From the NCBI GenBank assembly GCA_964016885.1, contig OZ024740.1:309752001-309816000 (forward strand): a stretch of 64,000 nt of DNA, read 5' to 3'. The notes beneath the pieces are model-generated. The model had not been told where the DNA came from and ran no database searches. It saw nothing but the letters and a program-made list of their open reading frames with translations. Position numbers and translations under genes: made by a program. Position 1 is the first letter of the stretch. The number at the start of each line of letters is the position of its first letter. This document shows positions 58,270-64,000 of this stretch, piece after piece. The stretch comes from Eledone cirrhosa (Eukaryota).

Positions 58270-58765
58270 GAGACAGAACTGAGCTACATACAGCCCGGGA
58301 ACAGGCACTGAGAACGAAGTATATCATGTACAATATTGACAACTCAGTGAATTTCCCACTTTGTAGGATGTGTGATGAGAAAGGCGAAACTATAAACCAC
58401 ATTATTAGTGAATGTAAGGTGTTTGACCATAAAGAGTACAAGAGAAAGTACGACAACATTGCCAGATTGGATCATTAGAAGCTCTGTCATAAGTATGACA
58501 TGACTAGAAGTGAGAAATGCTATGAACACCAACCGGAAAGGGTGGCTGAAAATGAACATTAAAAGATCCTGTGGGATATGACCATCTAGTGCGACTGTGA
58601 AGGTGAGAAAGTTTAGAAAAACCGGGAGCTGAAGAGAGAAATAAGGAAACTGTGGAGAATGAGACACGTAGTGTTACCGATTATGGTTGGCGCATTGGGT
58701 GCAGTTATTAGAAGGTTGGATGCATGACTTGAGAAGCTAGGAATTACCATCAGGACAGTATTGAA
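58270..58765 (+). mobile_element. R4/Dong-type LINE 3' fragment
   Basis: AREQALRTKY...PLCRMCDEKGETINHIISECK...EYKRKYDNIA, then KILWD and V.PI.VGALG relics; homologous to 23643-24300. Confidence 0.85.
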
Positions 58766-58944
58766 CGAAAGTCCAGCTGGCGATTGATAAAAGCGTATTG
58801 AAGAACTGTGAAGAGAGACTCACCAACTTTTCATTTGCTTTCATTGACTAGAAGGTATATAACATTGTGGCGCATACTGTTTGAATATTTTAAAGCTATC
58901 AAGCAGCATCAAGATCCTTATAGATAAACCAATAACTAAATAGA

Positions 58945-60420
58945 AATTAAGGTAGTCGACAATTTGTTAGAGGAATATGAAAAGTTGATGGTAGCATATA
59001 TTAACCCAGAAACGTCCGTGGCTTTTCAGCTCCGCACGTGAAGGCAAATCCCTGTCATTCCACAGCCTTGTTCGACGCTGGGTGCACGGAGTGTGAAGCT
59101 GCTCGGGGTGTGTCTTGATCCAGACCTTCTAGTGGACGAGAACCGGGACGGAGTATCGAGCTGTGTAGTCTTTCTCACTCTGAAATATGACGAGAGAAAG
59201 CTATCCCTGAATACTAGGGTGGAGGTGGCGAACGTATACATCGCATTCGTCATCTATTACCGCCTGATCGTCATGCCTTGCCACGGTCTACAACTCGCCA
59301 AATTGAAACATCTGCTCTTCAACATTTGGTGGAATGCACAGGTACCTTTGGTGAGGCCGTACATCTGCTGCCAACACCTGATACGTGGAGGTCTGGTCAT
59401 GCCGCGTCTGATGATGTACAACCATGCGCTGAGGCTATGACAACTCCAGACATACCTAATCGGTGAACAAGTGTGGTCGCTGTTTGTGAGACAGTTCTTT
59501 CTGCAGCTAGTCTCTTTGACTGAGATGCAGACATGGATCAAGCGAAGACCCAGATTGGGCACTTGCGTTCTATAGAGGACTAGTGGTGGGCTTTTGCTTC
59601 ACCGTTCCAGAAGAAGCTCTGATCATCAACGAAATCAAACTAACGTTTGAGCAGGGGATGATGAACAATATCCAAATATCGCTGACTTAGCAGTGCTTTC
59701 GGTGTGGGTGTGGGTCAAATCCCTATAGGCTCGAAAGTGCTGTTCGAGATGCGTGCAGCGCAATTAAACCACTCTACACGCACTCGGCCAGTGCCAGAGC
59801 ATTTCTCACTGTTATGTTGAACAACTGTTATCAAGTATATGACGGATCCAGCTATTGACGCGACGCCATCGTGAAGATCGCCACGCCACTTTGTTTTGGC
59901 CGAGAAGCGCGGGCAAATTTCTTCTGTCTGATGTCTGTAGCAAAAGAGGTTTTGTGGTGGACGGAGCTGAAAGGACTGAAGAAAGACACTTTCGTCTTCG
60001 TCCAAGTCCTCATCAACATTTTAAAATTCTAACTGGAAAGGAAGGTGATGGTGAAACTGGAAGTGCTCCCCACCATAACATTTGTTAAAATGTAGGTGAA
60101 TTTAACGAGAATGACCCGAGAATTTAATGAGAATGGGAATTTAACGAGAATGGATTGGCTTACTCTGATCATCGGCTGTTGGCTGGAGAAATTCGAGAAG
60201 CGAGATATATTTTCCTCTGGTGTTCTTTGGAGATTGTGGTGTCTTAGGATCCGTGGGGTTCCTAAATTATCCCTGGGTAGTATTCCCCTATTGGGGATGT
60301 TTTGCTCTCATAATATTATTATTTACTTTTATCTGTTTCATTTGTTTATCTGCTTTAACTTTTTTATAAATCGCCACTATCCATGTTCTTTGCATTGTCC
60401 TACAATAAAGAAAGAATGAA
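58945..60420 (+). mobile_element. Old Tx1-clade LINE 3' fragment
   Basis: VKLLGVCLDPDL...RKLSLNTRVEVANVYIAFVIYYRL...ICCQHLIRGGLVMP is homologous to ORF2 of the other copies; the 3' UTR ends AATAAAGAAA. Confidence 0.85.
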
Positions 60421-63400
60421 TATTATTGTTATTGTTATTTATTCTCACATTATCACCCACGTGCTTTTGTACATTTACTTGTAACTATCTTTAATCTATT
60501 TGCTTATATAGACTTAAACGTGTTTTATGGCGTTTCGTCATTTGCAGATTGGTAGGCGTATATGCAGTAGAACAAACAAATGGATTTATATTATATTCAT
60601 CTTCATTAAAGTATTTCTATTGTTAACTTAGTGCACATTATTCACGTCTGTAAGCATGGAAACTAATACTAATGCATGTTTCATTCGGAATAAATAATTT
60701 ATATAGTGATATTTCCTGCCAAGTTTCACTAGCTATTATCTCTCCTATTTATATATATGTAGCTTTGAATAGTTTCGAATACACCCTATAACATTTTAAA
60801 GATATGATGTGAAAGGATTATTTCCCGAATGTTGACAGGCGTGTGAAAGCATTTCTAAGTGCGTTGTCTAGTGTGCCCTTTGTCTCTGAGATATATTATA
60901 TTTGTATTTCATTAATATTTACGAATGGACAAATAACCACATTTGACATTATCGTTTCATATTAAGGAAAGTAAGATTTTGTTCATCATATTTTGTCTAC
61001 ACACCCCTTTCAATATTAATGCTGATTCCATAGTGCAGAGCAACGTTCAATACATAATTGAACAAATTTCAATCTCTAATTAACAAGTTCAACTAACTTA
61101 TTTCCCGAAAATAAAGAAATGTATGGGACAATTTCTGTCACGTATTCTATTCGTAAATGGCCTCTAAGAAAATATTACTGCTTCTAAAAATCAATATTTA
61201 TTAGAATGTTTGAAACGATAGTCTATCCTAGGGAATATAATTCAGTTTATATACTTTATAAGTTCCAATTACCTTCCTTAGATATATTGAAATAACGTCG
61301 TCATTAAAGACTGCGTTCTAAGCCTGAAGACTTATGCCAAATTCAAAACAGACTCTAAAGGTCTTATGTCAAATCAAATGCAGACTCCAATCAAAACGTA
61401 GAAGGTTACATTGAGGCAATCACGTTTAGCATTATATTTAAGATTGTAGGTGAACAGTGTAATATTGCACGTGTGTGTACACTAATATAAACTCAAATAT
61501 TTTTCCGAGTAATTAGTACGTGTGTCAAATCGGTTAGAGAATGATCTTGATAAGGTTTTCTGAAAAACATGTTTTAGGAACCGAAGAACATGTTAGGCGT
61601 GCCATATGGCATTGAGGCTAACATTCAAAGTAAATATGAAAATAATTTGGAAGATAGTCAGACATAATTATAAGAGTTTACGTAGATTGACGGTATTTGT
61701 ATAGGTAATTGTTCTCGTAAATATATGGACTTGATGTGCAACATTTACGTGCATCTAAGATTATGTCACTAATAACATCAATTCACAGCTACGAGGGTTT
61801 CAGACACTACAACTCTGCATATCATTTTGTGCAAGCGTCTGATCGAATCAGCCAAATCCTTTTGATTAACATTTAGTGAACGGAATTTTGTACGTCGTTG
61901 GAGAGATCATTTTGTTTCTTGGAAGTAAATTTAATTCGTTGTTCTGCTGCTTAATAACACATATTTGACTCCCGTGCGCGTCTATGTCCCAAATTGAGAA
62001 TTAAGTTTCAAATACTTTGCAACAGACTAGTAGACTATAAAATAGTCTTAGACGTTGTACGGTCAACTCTCACAGGGCCATGAATTAAAGTGCAATAGCT
62101 CGGTATACAGTCCATTTATTTCAAGAATTATTGCCAGTATATATATTGTCATCTGACGATTGATGAATGATGATTACAATTATGTAGTCATTATTGCTAC
62201 CTGAACTGGGACCTTTGCAGCTAATGTAAATTCATACGCGGTATACTGGGTTCGTTGTACAATCTTTCTGATCCTGAGTCAAATGAAATTATGCGTTTGA
62301 GAATTGGTGACACTAGGTCTACATATTAAGTTTGATCCAATAAGAAACATTGTGTTTCAACTAGGAAAATGTCTCTTGGGATGGCTAACACTTATTTTCT
62401 TCAGTTGAAAATATCCTAGTGGGGAATATCATTCAAATTGGGTTGCATCTGATTCTGGAAGCTATGTTATTATCTATTAATTCATCACAAATCAAACTGT
62501 ATATAAGAAATGCCAGCATTAACATTCTATCTTTTATTGATATATGTACAAAGGTTGATAATTCAGTATTATACTGAAGACACATTTCTATGCAATGATG
62601 AAATCCGTGGCCCTTGTCTTGAAAGCCCTTTTTATATATTCGCCTGCAAATTTCCGCTGGCCATATTAAATGTTTTCGCAAAACTAAAACGATGCAATTC
62701 TCATCCTTGTAGTGTTTCTTCATATTCAACACAGATTAAATGTACATCTCAGATAATTCCAATCCTCATACAATTTCTGAGAATTCAAATTGATATTTAG
62801 AAATACTAGTCATGTGATTAAAAAGGTCTGCGGAGAAACCTCCAACTGATAATATTTCATTTGAGGGAAGATAGCACATTTATTTTTTTATGTTTAATTA
62901 GGTGGGGGAACTGAGAATTGTACTCTCCATGTGTTACATAATTTAAAAAGCCAATTTTCAATATTATCCTTTCTTGTAGGATCCTGGTAGAACGGAATCT
63001 TAATCTCAAAGACATTCGAGACGGGAAGACAAAAATAAATATTTTCTATCTATGTGCTAATGTCTAAACTTCAATGATTAAATATCAAAACCGTGATCAA
63101 GATAAACATGTATATGAGAGAAAGACATTGAAAATACAACAGCATTTTCGGCTAACATCTCGTTTATAGGAGATTGAAATAAAAACCAACGTCTCATGGA
63201 AAAAAATGTTTATTCAGTATTATTGCCGTATGCAAGATGTTGGTAAGTATCAATGGTGATCTTAAATAGGAACAGGCTGCATCACTTGATCGTTGCCGTC
63301 ATCATCATTTATCCTTCTATCTAAATAGGAATGTATAAATACTATGTATAAAATATAGTTCCTTAAAGGATGTTAGGTGTGTAAAGTGAAAGGTAGAAAG

Positions 63401-63675
63401 TGCGACTGTCTCTGATTCACTTTAATGTATTAGTTTAAATTTTAAACTTTAACTCATCTATAATCTCCGGAGATCTGTATTTTCCATACACATTGACTAA
63501 TCAAAAGTTGTGGGAAGTCAGTACTTGATGATAGTTTTTTTAATGAAAATATTCAACTGTGCGAGGAGATGCTATTCACTGATCAATAGTTGCTTGACTC
63601 AAAATGTACCTCTAATTTAGAAATAGTGAAACTATTTGTTATTGAACATAATATTCCATTGAACAATTGTGTTAC

Positions 63676-63779
63676 CTGTGCATCGGATGTAACGCCTGCT
63701 GTGGTAGGTAGACACTGAGGTCCTTCTCTCTTGAAACTTGAACTTTCATATCCTCTTCTAACAGTTCACTGTGTGGTTT
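63676..63779 (-). other. Candidate 104-nt exon of an unidentified gene
   Basis: Minus strand: branch-like CACTAAT, TGCTCCCTAG acceptor, open frame KPHSELLEEDMKVQVSREKDLSVYLPQQALHPMH, donor CAG|GTAAC. Confidence 0.3.
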
Positions 63780-64000
63780 CTAGGGAGCAATTAGTGACAA
63801 AACATATCCAGGGTATGCTTAGTGATGAAGTGCAGTTAGTTAATAAAACGTTCAACAAGCTGAAATCGACTTTTTATCTGAACACATTTCTTGTAAACTG
63901 TGCCACGATTATGATGATGACTGTGTTTTTCCTCACCGACATATTCACCAAACTACATGATCTCAACATATTATGGCAAGGAAAGCAAAAAATGCTTGTC

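Noticed and set aside
62433-62800. Overlapping 96-aa and 99-aa ORFs on opposite strands
   Set aside because: No recognisable domain, and lengths compatible with chance; no consistent splice structure found.

Overview
AT-rich, repeat-dominated eukaryotic (animal) genomic DNA. The SINE families, the very long (TA)n/(CA)n/(GA)n tracts and the LINE spectrum suggest a mollusc, probably an octopus; this is inference, not proof. There are no prokaryotic features, CRISPR arrays or rRNA/tRNA genes. Most recognisable sequence is retroelement: one full-length and four partial L1/Tx1-clade LINEs, three R4/Dong-type RLE LINEs, CRE-clade, RTE, probable I/Jockey-group and CR1 fragments, a Naiad-type Penelope-like element (PLE), about 14 tRNA-derived SINE copies, and two Tc1/mariner relics. 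The only host-gene candidate is a 151-aa minus-strand ORF (signal peptide plus one TM helix) preceded by a canonical splice acceptor, with a few candidate upstream exons. The most unusual signal is a dense set of hammerhead-ribozyme (HHR) motifs. It includes a non-coding family of about 540 nt, present twice, whose HHR shows covarying stems and a shared non-canonical C.A pair, and whose repeat junctions fall on or within 3 nt of the predicted self-cleavage site (retrozyme-like). All calls were made by eye; the ends of degenerate elements are approximate.
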